A DNA stretch of 64,000 nucleotides from Desulfobulbaceae bacterium. Its GTDB lineage: Bacteria > Desulfobacterota > Desulfobulbia > Desulfobulbales > SURF-16. Location of the stretch: positions 4,204-68,203 of the forward strand of contig JAHLLM010000006.1 of NCBI GenBank assembly GCA_020444175.1, given 5' to 3'. The notes beneath the pieces were generated by a model. The model was not told the DNA's origin. It worked only from the letters and a program-made list of their open reading frames with translations, and searched no databases. Numbering within the stretch: the first letter of the stretch is position 1; each line of letters starts with the position of its first letter. The translations under genes were made by a program, and so were the position numbers. Shown here piece after piece: positions 48,260 through 56,660 of the stretch.

Positions 48260-48493
48260 ATGAAATACAAGGTTTATCTCGAAAGTATTGACCCTAAGTG
48301 TAACCGTGCTCGGTGGTATCGGTTAACAGCAACGATTACTTTGTTTGGTGGCGCTGTTACCCGTGAGTGGGGAAGAATAGGACAGAAGGGACGGTGTCAC
48401 ACCTTGCAGGTTGGTTCTTTTACTGAGGCAAAAAGGCTGGTTCAGAGGATTTTGCGTGTGCGGGAGCGACATGGGTATGTGGTGGTTGGTTAA
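48260..48493 (+). CDS. WGR-domain protein
   Basis: 77 aa with NRARWYRLTATITLFGGAVTREWGRIGQKG...FTEAKRLVQRILRVRERHGY. Confidence 0.75.
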   Translation: MKYKVYLESIDPKCNRARWYRLTATITLFGGAVTREWGRIGQKGRCHTLQVGSFTEAKRLVQRILRVRERHGYVVVG

Positions 48494-48544
48494 ACTTTTT
48501 TTTCTACAGACTAATTATATTTAAAAACCCAAACTTGATCTGAC

Positions 48545-48593
48545 AGATTCCCTTATTCTGTTTCAAATTTTGGTGCGTATATATAGTAGATCT
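48545..48593 (+). repeat. non-coding repeat E, copy 2
   Basis: agattcccttattctgtttcaaattttggtgcgtatatatagtagatct aligns with 16584-16635. Confidence 0.7.
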
Positions 48594-48635
48594 ATTAAGT
48601 TTGGGAAGGCACTCTGACGATTAATATTGGCAAAT

Positions 48636-48726
48636 CGAAGTTAAAATAAAATTGGCAGGCAATTATGAAAAATTACCTGCCTCATTCAAACTTAATAGCG
48701 TCGCAGAGTATACGTAACAATGGACA
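48636..48726 (+). repeat. non-coding repeat F, forward copy
   Basis: aagttaaaataaaattggcaggcaattatgaaaaattacctgcc...tcgcagagtatacgtaacaatggaca aligns with the reverse complement of 22711-22800. Confidence 0.75.
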
Positions 48727-48783
48727 ACTGTCAGTGCTAAAAAATTCATAATCAATATTAGATTTAGAAATCTGCACGTTCAT

Positions 48784-48823
48784 TAAAAAAGAAAAAGGCA
48801 AAGCCATGTTCATGGCCTGCCTT
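48784..48823 (-). terminator. Rho-independent terminator of the PEP-CTERM gene
   Basis: The minus strand reads AAGGCAGGCCATG-AA-CATGGCTTTGCCTT followed by TTTTCTTTTTT. Confidence 0.6.
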
Positions 48824-48868
48824 TATTATCATATAAATTTTCAAGCATAAAAATAATCTTAAAAACGA

Positions 48869-49459
48869 CTACGCCTTCTTTTTTCGTTTAATTCTAGAGC
48901 CAACAAAACCAGCTAATCCGGTGCCGAAAAGGAGCATAGTGGCAGGCTCAGGGACAGGCGCAGAGTCAACAGTAAGTGAACTGTTGGTGAAATTCACAGC
49001 TGCGAAAGACCCAGGCAGAGCAGGGAATGGTAAAGGGAAACCCTCTGTAAAATCATTAGGGGTCATGCTGGCAGCCAATGTAGTTGTGCCAAAATCCACT
49101 GCTTGAAAAGTCAAAGTAGCCAATGTGATGCCGCTACCAGACAGTTGTGGGCCAAAAAGTGTGAATGGAGCAAACCCAGCCAGACCGTCGCCGTCAGGTG
49201 CTATAGCTGGCAGCCAGGAAGAGCCGATAGCTGGCAGGCCGATCAGGGAAAGAATGCTGGTATCAAAGGACACGTCTAAGCCGAAGCCGCCTACGGGATC
49301 AGTAATATCTGCCATAAGGTCAACAGTGAAGGTGTTGCCTATGTTTAGCGAGGTTGTTGGCGTATTGAAATAAACCTCTACTGGTGTTGCCCAAGCGGCA
49401 ATGGGCAATAGGCAACAAATAGTTAAAGCGATTAAAATTTTTCTCATTTTTATCCTCAA
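48869..49459 (-). CDS. PEP-CTERM-anchored secreted protein with a cohesin-like domain
   Basis: Has a signal peptide. The C-terminal VPEPATMLLFGTGLAGFVGSRIKRKKKA is a PEP-CTERM sorting signal. Confidence 0.8.
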   Translation of the reverse strand: MRIKMRKILIALTICCLLPIAAWATPVEVYFNTPTTSLNIGNTFTVDLMADITDPVGGFGLDVSFDTSILSLIGLPAIGSSWLPAIAPDGDGLAGFAPFTLFGPQLSGSGITLATLTFQAVDFGTTTLAASMTPNDFTEGFPLPFPALPGSFAAVNFTNSSLTVDSAPVPEPATMLLFGTGLAGFVGSRIKRKKKA

Positions 49460-49551
49460 AAGGTTATGTGAATTTTTGGTAACTGTATTGTAAAATTATA
49501 GAATCTAAAAGGAAGTAGAGGTAGGATTTGCCCTACCTCTACTTGATCAGT

Positions 49552-52500
49552 TTATTGGTTCATGTAGTACCCGTACCAAATTTGATAGTCGACGAAGGTG
49601 ACGCAGGTGTCGGTGTCGTAGTTGGCTTCTTCCAGATAACCTACCTGCCCCTCACATTTCCCGAAGGAACCTATAAAAAGATTATAGTCAGCTGGACCGA
49701 TAGTACCATCACCGTCGAGGTCACCTTCTATCCTTTCTTGTTCCGTGACTAGAATGCTAACGGTATCCTCATCTATAGCCCCATTTTTATCGGTCACTCT
49801 GAGTGTTATTTTATGTTCTCCTGCATTTAAAGGTGTTTGCACAATTTCTCCTTCAGCAAGTAAATTTCCTTCCTCTAACCATTGAAAAGCTACTATGTCA
49901 TCATTAGTATCTGGGGTAGATCCAGAATCAAACGAACCTGATCCGTCAAGAGAGGCTAAGGCGTAACCAGTATTATCTGCCTCTATTGCTTGATCTATAC
50001 CGGCATTTGCGGTGGGGGTTGCATTGATAAAGAGGTTGGTTACCATTGGGGTATTAACAATGTCAGATATAGGTCTATTTTCAACAATAATTGTCGTAAT
50101 GCCATCTTTCTCCATTTCAAGGGTAAATGTTTCGTTCGGATCAGCATTGTCTAATGGTGAAACAGTTATTTTATAACCACCTTGCTCTGGATATGGTATT
50201 TCGATGATTTTATCAAGACTGCCGTTGAAATCTACATCTATTTCCTTATAGACTGCTCCGAGAATCCCAGCATGCGTACCTGACTGTTTCTTTCCAGACG
50301 GAGCTTCAACTTCAATGTTCACTGGACATTTTGCGGTAATTGTCAGTATTTTTACTGTTTCGAGAGCTTGAAATAAACCATTATAGTCCTTTAACTCCGA
50401 CAAGTGGCTATATCCTTGTCGAACAACATCACTAGATGGCAAAAAAAATGTTTTTTTAAGGCTTTGGCTTCTCCAATGAATAAAACCATCACCACTTATA
50501 TCTGGTGCATCTGGACCAGTACCAAGATTTAAGCTTTGATAGGCATCACTATTGAACATAAATTTGTTTAAAAATGATGTCTTGACCGCACCAAAAAGGG
50601 GATTGTACCATGGAGAAATGTTAACATCTCCAGGATTTACATAAACAAGAGATTTTACTATTAATTCAGAGGGGAATGCTCCATACTCTTCAGTGTAACT
50701 TGATGATGTTTCTTTTTCATTGAGATCTATTAAGAAATTGCTATCAGCTAAAACATCTTCCATTAGTGCTTTTCGGGAATAATCCCATCCTCCAGCAAAT
50801 CCCAGTATTCCGTCTCTCAGATACTCCATCATTCCTCTAATTTTGTTTTGCATGTCACAGGCATCCCATCGACAATTCATAGCATCAATACCAAATCGTT
50901 CTGGTTCATTGATATATCCGCCTGAAAACCAATAGTTTGTGTTATCAGCGAGAGTAGGTTCACAAACGCATATTACTTTGGGGTCTTCCCAGAAATCATC
51001 TGTATCCTCGGGGGCATTCCCAAGCATAGTCCTCCAAGCCCCGTACACATCATCACTTTGATAATCTTTGTGATCAATCAAAACACCATCATTTGGGGTT
51101 CCTACGGTAATCAATCTTTCAACTTTTTCTAAAACATTTTCATCTCCGGAGTCCCTGAATATTTTTTGAGCATACACTCTGGCTCTTAGCCCACCAAGAC
51201 TTTGCCCAACCAAGGTTAGTTTTCTATCTTCGCCTAATTCTCTTTTTTCGAGTTCTCGAATCTTATCCACAAATAACTTTGTTGGAAGATAATTTTTTCC
51301 TATAGGGCCGCATGGGTGAAAAATAATATTTACTCCATTAGTATGGAGGGTTTTATTGTAGTTACAGGTATAAAAATCACCAATTTTTTCATTTTTCCAT
51401 ATGGCAATAAGCTCATTATTATCATTGGTTGTTAATTCTAACTCCCCTCCCTGCACGAGACCAAAATCATTTAGGTGTGATTTCATGTCATCCCACTTGC
51501 CACCACCTGTTCCAGGGATAAATAAAATTGGGCTATGACGGATAATATTATGCCCAGCAGGCGCGTTCACTGCTAGTAACCCCGCCGCAGCATCACGTAT
51601 CTCGTCTGTTTCATACTCAGTTCCATTATAAACGGCAATAACCTTGTAATGGTATACTCCACTACTAGACGCTGAAGCTGGCGTCGGGATAACAGCCTCT
51701 AGTTGGTTAAATTCAATTATCGAGTTGTCAGTATTTCTTATATAATCAAATTCATCATCATTCTTAGACATTTTGATTCGAAAAAACAGATCATCACCTG
51801 TTTGATAAACTGAGTCGTTATAATCCCAAGAAAGATATACTCTTTCATCTCCTATAGATATCCGAACATTCTGAGGACGAATCTCGCGGATATCAGTATT
51901 AATTTCACCAAACGACATGCCGCCGGGATATCCATATGAATCATAACTCGCAAAACCATATGAATGAATTGCAAAAATATTAGGCGCTGCAATCGTATGT
52001 GATCCTACAGATATTGGAATCTGAGCACCTGAAAAATCACTGTCCCCAATTGGATTAAAACGTACTGGGTCAATATATACACCGTCTAAACTAATCTCTG
52101 TATCGATAGATGACGGAGCCATTATATTAAGATAATTGATATTAAATGCACTACCAGGAGTTGAAATTGTATAATGAGATAAAGTTTGCTCTAGAGGTGG
52201 GATTACCATCATAAAAGGATCTGATGTCACACCATCGTAGTTTGATCCATTAGAAAATTGAGTAACTAAACATGGTTCGCTAGTTTCTATAAGTGAAGGT
52301 TGGGCAATTATTTGCTCATGAAATTTTCCTTTATCGATAGTAGCAACGTGAATACCATTGATAGATATGTCTGTTGAATCTATGTTTGATAAAATACGAA
52401 AAGTATCCCCATATCTCCTAGTTGCAAGAGGCATTGTGGTAAAAACTTTCCCCCATGTGTCTAATGGTGGAACTTGCTCAACGATATGGTCACACGCACT

Positions 52501-53169
52501 ATACCCAGTTGGAATGTTAGTACATTCATTACCGCTGAATACCGCTATTGGCTTGTCAGACTCAATGAGTGTGCCAGTTATGTCAACCTTTTCATTATAA
52601 AAAAACACTTCACCGGCATCTAGGTTAATTCTTTGCTTAGTAAGTGAATTTGGAATTTCGTACTCAAGCGTTGTATTGTTTGTCGATGCGACTATTGCGA
52701 ATTCTCCTCGTATTAATGGCGTGTAACCTATTACATAATACCGTAATCCTAGAACATCCGTTGGTAGTCCCAAATAAGCATCGGTTGTAGCTTGTCGCTG
52801 ATTTAAGCCATAAACTGAAATATCTTCTTCTGCAGTAATATGGATACCTTTATTATGTATACCGGTTCCATCCAGCGTTGCAGTTAAAGGAATATTAATA
52901 GTGGTTGTGGTATCAGCAGTGACACTAAAAGAACTACTCCACGATAGACCTGAAATTTCGATATTCCCATTTGTGTCAACTTCTGAAGTTATGAATAATT
53001 GTAATTTTCCTGAATAGTCATAATTCTTCATGAAAGATAACCAAAAATCTTTGCCCTTACTGTCAGAAGCAAAAATGCTACCGCAATTAATTAGAGCAAA
53101 AAGTCCAATTATGACTGGTACGATTAAAAATGACATTTTGCTGCTTTTTCTTGTACAACGTTCTTTCAT
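49552..53169 (-). CDS. large secreted multidomain protein: IgGFc-binding-N-like beta region, GxSxG lipase/alpha-beta hydrolase core, PKD-like domain and dockerin-like C-terminus
   Basis: 1205 aa with a signal-like MSFLIVPVIIGLFALINCGSIFA. Motifs in order: GKDFWLSFMKNY, LVGQSLGGLRA, then a PKD-like VAFQWLEEGNLLAEG...HKITLRVTDKNGAIDEDTV, then GDLDGDGTIGPADYNLF. Confidence 0.75.
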   Translation of the reverse strand: MKERCTRKSSKMSFLIVPVIIGLFALINCGSIFASDSKGKDFWLSFMKNYDYSGKLQLFITSEVDTNGNIEISGLSWSSSFSVTADTTTTINIPLTATLDGTGIHNKGIHITAEEDISVYGLNQRQATTDAYLGLPTDVLGLRYYVIGYTPLIRGEFAIVASTNNTTLEYEIPNSLTKQRINLDAGEVFFYNEKVDITGTLIESDKPIAVFSGNECTNIPTGYSACDHIVEQVPPLDTWGKVFTTMPLATRRYGDTFRILSNIDSTDISINGIHVATIDKGKFHEQIIAQPSLIETSEPCLVTQFSNGSNYDGVTSDPFMMVIPPLEQTLSHYTISTPGSAFNINYLNIMAPSSIDTEISLDGVYIDPVRFNPIGDSDFSGAQIPISVGSHTIAAPNIFAIHSYGFASYDSYGYPGGMSFGEINTDIREIRPQNVRISIGDERVYLSWDYNDSVYQTGDDLFFRIKMSKNDDEFDYIRNTDNSIIEFNQLEAVIPTPASASSSGVYHYKVIAVYNGTEYETDEIRDAAAGLLAVNAPAGHNIIRHSPILFIPGTGGGKWDDMKSHLNDFGLVQGGELELTTNDNNELIAIWKNEKIGDFYTCNYNKTLHTNGVNIIFHPCGPIGKNYLPTKLFVDKIRELEKRELGEDRKLTLVGQSLGGLRARVYAQKIFRDSGDENVLEKVERLITVGTPNDGVLIDHKDYQSDDVYGAWRTMLGNAPEDTDDFWEDPKVICVCEPTLADNTNYWFSGGYINEPERFGIDAMNCRWDACDMQNKIRGMMEYLRDGILGFAGGWDYSRKALMEDVLADSNFLIDLNEKETSSSYTEEYGAFPSELIVKSLVYVNPGDVNISPWYNPLFGAVKTSFLNKFMFNSDAYQSLNLGTGPDAPDISGDGFIHWRSQSLKKTFFLPSSDVVRQGYSHLSELKDYNGLFQALETVKILTITAKCPVNIEVEAPSGKKQSGTHAGILGAVYKEIDVDFNGSLDKIIEIPYPEQGGYKITVSPLDNADPNETFTLEMEKDGITTIIVENRPISDIVNTPMVTNLFINATPTANAGIDQAIEADNTGYALASLDGSGSFDSGSTPDTNDDIVAFQWLEEGNLLAEGEIVQTPLNAGEHKITLRVTDKNGAIDEDTVSILVTEQERIEGDLDGDGTIGPADYNLFIGSFGKCEGQVGYLEEANYDTDTCVTFVDYQIWYGYYMNQ

Positions 53170-53473
53170 TTACTCTACCTCCTAATTCTTCATTTGGTTA
53201 TCACGTAAAATTACGCAAATTCAGCATTAATGGATAAATAGATAATTTTTTAAAAAATGAATCTTCATTCACCATTGAGACCCAACTCACACAAAAGTAA
53301 CAAGAGGCATTCCTGTTTTTGAAATAAATTAAAATGTAGACAGGATCGTGCAGCTTGTTTTTTAATATCATAATGATATTACAGCACTAATGAACCATTC
53401 GACGAAGGGGGCTTCAGTTTAATATGTATCGTAACAGCCCTTGAAATAACCTCAAGAATAATAATGAGTCGTC

Positions 53474-53657
53474 ATTCACTCTCCGAGTGATAACAAGCAA
53501 TATGTGCGCCATCATTTTTTTGTTAGGGTATTTTTTTTAATTCCTGAATGATTACAAAATATTACGTTGACTTGGTGCCGTTAGTAATTTTAAGAGAAAG
53601 AGTCCGGATTCCGGGAATATGAACAAATCTGAACAGAAAGACGGAATTTTGAAAAAA
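53474..53657 (+). repeat. non-coding repeat D, copy 2
   Basis: See 4170-4354. Confidence 0.8.
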
Positions 53658-53769
53658 GAGAATAGGATATAATATTGCCCGATGTAATCTCAAAAATTAA
53701 AAGGCAAATGAGAATTGAAGATGTTTCCTGATTATGGTACGCTTTTTTAATTACTGAGGAAAACAGAGA

Positions 53770-54654
53770 TTATTTGTCTTTGGAAAATTTATCATCCAGA
53801 CACTTTCTACATTTTACTGGATTGAACGTAGCCCATTCATCAGTATAATCGCCACAAATTGAACATGTTAAATATTCCGGCAAATCAACAAATGAGCTGG
53901 GTTTTTCATGTTTTTTAAATGCCGAGCCAATCATTTTTATCTTCTTATTTTTCTTCTGGAGAGAAGAGTTTAACTCATCACGTGTGTCTCTTAATTTCTG
54001 CTCTTTAATTTTTTCTTGCTCGAATATTTTTTTCTTTTCAGAAAACCTCTTTTTTTGAGCAGCAGTGAGACACGGTAAAACTCTGTCCTGGTCATTTTTG
54101 GACATATTTAGCAATGACCGGAGATTCGATTTGCCTTTGAGGAGAACTTTGTAGAGTGTGGGGGCAAATTCGATATCAAAATTTTTCATAAGCCCAAAAA
54201 GGTTAGCCAGGTCTTCAGGGTAAAAAGCATTTTCCCGCTGGTAGCACTTCACATAATACTCAATTAAACTTTGGTCATAGGAGCTCGCTTTTTTCCATAG
54301 CGACCTGACTTGATCCAGCATTACTTCCTGTTTCTTTTCATCAATTTTCTTTTTTAAAAAATAATCTCTTTGTTTTCCAAAAATTTCTTCTCCTGATTCA
54401 TCATAAACAGTTATGTCAAACTTTTTAATACAACTTGATCCTACCATCAACGAGTTATGTTTCTTGACTCTATTTATAACCTCGAAATGGTATCTGAGGT
54501 TTTCTCCTTCGCATAGTTGGCAAATTTGATTTGACACTATATGGTCAGTCACACTCCCAGAGAATTCCCATTCGTTGGCTGCTTTTTTATAATCCTGACT
54601 TTCATTGCTATGTTTCAGCAAGTTAATTTTTGCTTTATTCCGCCATCGAGTCAT
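53770..54654 (-). CDS. hypothetical Lys-rich protein with CxxC pairs at both ends
   Basis: 294 aa with CQLCEGENLRYHFEV...VGSSCIKKF near the N-terminus and CSICGD...CRKC at the C-terminus. No family recognised. Confidence 0.55.
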   Translation of the reverse strand: MTRWRNKAKINLLKHSNESQDYKKAANEWEFSGSVTDHIVSNQICQLCEGENLRYHFEVINRVKKHNSLMVGSSCIKKFDITVYDESGEEIFGKQRDYFLKKKIDEKKQEVMLDQVRSLWKKASSYDQSLIEYYVKCYQRENAFYPEDLANLFGLMKNFDIEFAPTLYKVLLKGKSNLRSLLNMSKNDQDRVLPCLTAAQKKRFSEKKKIFEQEKIKEQKLRDTRDELNSSLQKKNKKIKMIGSAFKKHEKPSSFVDLPEYLTCSICGDYTDEWATFNPVKCRKCLDDKFSKDK

Positions 54655-54911
54655 TGTTAGAAATTGGATGTAATATTATTGGGGATAGAAATAGCGAATA
54701 TTGCTTATTTTCATTTATTAATTTAATCCGCTGTTCTGTTTCAAAACCTGGGGCGGAAAGAAGATTTTTTGACTTCGAATGAATAGTAGGGGGAATGAAA
54801 ACATAGCTGCGATTTCGTCCCGTAGGACTTCCGTTCTTTCAAAATGGCACTGGATGTAATTTTTTCCCGTTATTGAATTAGAAAGTCATCCATCAGCAAG
54901 TTATCGTGGTC

Positions 54912-55361
54912 CTATCCAGACCTTATCTTTGCCGGCTTTAATGATTTCAGTTTGCTGTTCCAATATTCGATGTAGGCGACATAAGCCTTTTTACTGGTCA
55001 GGAATTTCATATGTTGTTCAACATTCAGTCTGTACGCGGGCATGCTGCTTATTCCCATCCTCCGCGCTTTCTCCATTCTGTGGTTGCCATCAATCAAGTT
55101 ATATTGACCAGGAGAAATTTCTGCCAATATTACCGGGCGAGAAATCTCAACTGAATCCATATGAGACTTGTTGATATATGAAAATTCTTTGAAGAAATCG
55201 CTCACCTTTACTTTTTGAAGGGTAATGCCATCAGGATTCTTTTTAATATATTCGAGTATTTTTGTGATATTAAACACGAAAATTCCATTCGGAAACAGCT
55301 CATCCCCGGAGGAAACGGGGCATGGGATGAAATCATTATCGACTTTTAAGATTTTGGCCAA
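54912..55361 (-). CDS. ParB/sulfiredoxin-like nuclease-domain protein
   Basis: 149 aa with RPVILAEISPGQYNLIDGNHRMEKARRMG. Confidence 0.65.
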   Translation of the reverse strand: MAKILKVDNDFIPCPVSSGDELFPNGIFVFNITKILEYIKKNPDGITLQKVKVSDFFKEFSYINKSHMDSVEISRPVILAEISPGQYNLIDGNHRMEKARRMGISSMPAYRLNVEQHMKFLTSKKAYVAYIEYWNSKLKSLKPAKIRSG

Positions 55362-55625
55362 TTAGAACTCCCTCTGTATCAATAGATCATCCTATTAAAT
55401 CCTATACTTTTCGCAGCTTGTGTCTTAAATCCTACTTTGCTAACCAGAAGATATGATCGTACGAACCACCGTTTTTTTTCACAGGCCTACCCCAGTGGGC
55501 TCTTAGCCTTTACCATCTGCGACCCCATTTATCGCGGTTACTTTGCGAAGAGAGGAGATCTCATCAGGCTCCTCCGCTCTCCCTGCAATGAAGGTCAGTG
55601 ACAGGGGCCTTGTCATTATTTGTTA

Positions 55626-56642
55626 TCAGGCTTTCACATAAACCCCATGGGACTTATTCTTTATTATCCCCTGTTGTTTTAATCTGTGCACTATGCCGTA
55701 AAGCTTGGATTTCGAGTATCCGGTTTTTTTAACTAATTTTTCTATGTCGACACCTGACTTACTGGAAACAATTAACTCGGCAACAAAGCCTGTAGCAGTT
55801 TTTAGAGTTTTTTGTTTATTTTTCTGCTTCCGGTGCAGATCAATGGGCTTGGTTATTCTTTTTGCAGCCGACTTCTTTTTAATCGCCTCTGTTCCCTTTC
55901 TGGCAAAGTCAGGTTTACTGTCCATGTCAATACCAAAAATGCCTGATAGGTCGGCATCTTCAATAACCTTGGCGCTCTTCTTTCTTGTTTTTGCCAGCAG
56001 TTCGCCTGTTTTATCTTTTACTGCTCGGGCAATAAGATCACCAGTATCTGCATCCCGTAATTTGAAAAACAGGGAAGAATCTTCGTCAAATCTGGCGCCA
56101 ATACCATAGAGAGCTGCTGCAACATGCTTGCACATAGAGGCCCAGTCAGGGCAACTGCAATTAAAACTGATCGCATGCGGCCGTGGAAATAGCCCTTTCT
56201 CTTTAGAAAAAAAGATCTCTCCCAAGGCCTTGGGAAACTTTCCGGCAAGTAAATCCTGCAATGATTTCAATTGCCCTTCACATTGCTTTTTTATTGCTCT
56301 CCAATTGGTCTGACTGATAGCCTTTATGTTAATTACCACTTCATAGGGTTTTGATGTTGACCCCTGAACTAGTGCGGTCACTTTCCCGGAATCTATCTTG
56401 AGGTCAAGGACTGCCCCGTGGCGTACATAACTCCTGCCCCTGCCGATACGATTGCTATAGTCTGCGTATCGTTCAAGGTTTTTGTTCCAGGACTTCCCCC
56501 ACCATGTTCGAGCCAGGGCCTTGCCTTCAATAACGACTGGCTTGATATCCGGCATTTTCTTCTTAAGTTGCTTTAATTTTTTCGCTGCCTTTGCCTTTTT
56601 CTCGGCAACGGAAACATATCGTGGATATTCCCAATAGCCCAT
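55626..56642 (-). CDS. SWIM zinc-finger protein with a C-terminal winged-helix-like tail
   Basis: 338 aa with the CSCPDWASMCKHVAAALYG SWIM motif. It starts 18 nt after the SNF2 gene ends. Confidence 0.8.
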   Translation of the reverse strand: MGYWEYPRYVSVAEKKAKAAKKLKQLKKKMPDIKPVVIEGKALARTWWGKSWNKNLERYADYSNRIGRGRSYVRHGAVLDLKIDSGKVTALVQGSTSKPYEVVINIKAISQTNWRAIKKQCEGQLKSLQDLLAGKFPKALGEIFFSKEKGLFPRPHAISFNCSCPDWASMCKHVAAALYGIGARFDEDSSLFFKLRDADTGDLIARAVKDKTGELLAKTRKKSAKVIEDADLSGIFGIDMDSKPDFARKGTEAIKKKSAAKRITKPIDLHRKQKNKQKTLKTATGFVAELIVSSKSGVDIEKLVKKTGYSKSKLYGIVHRLKQQGIIKNKSHGVYVKA

Positions 56643-56660
56643 ACTGTTCTCTTAAATAAA

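Noticed and set aside
4170-53657. D repeats as attL/attR of a ~49-kb integrated island.
   Set aside because: The copies are only patchily similar rather than sharing an exact core. Accessory and mobile content continues outside both copies, and no intact integrase sits next to either copy.
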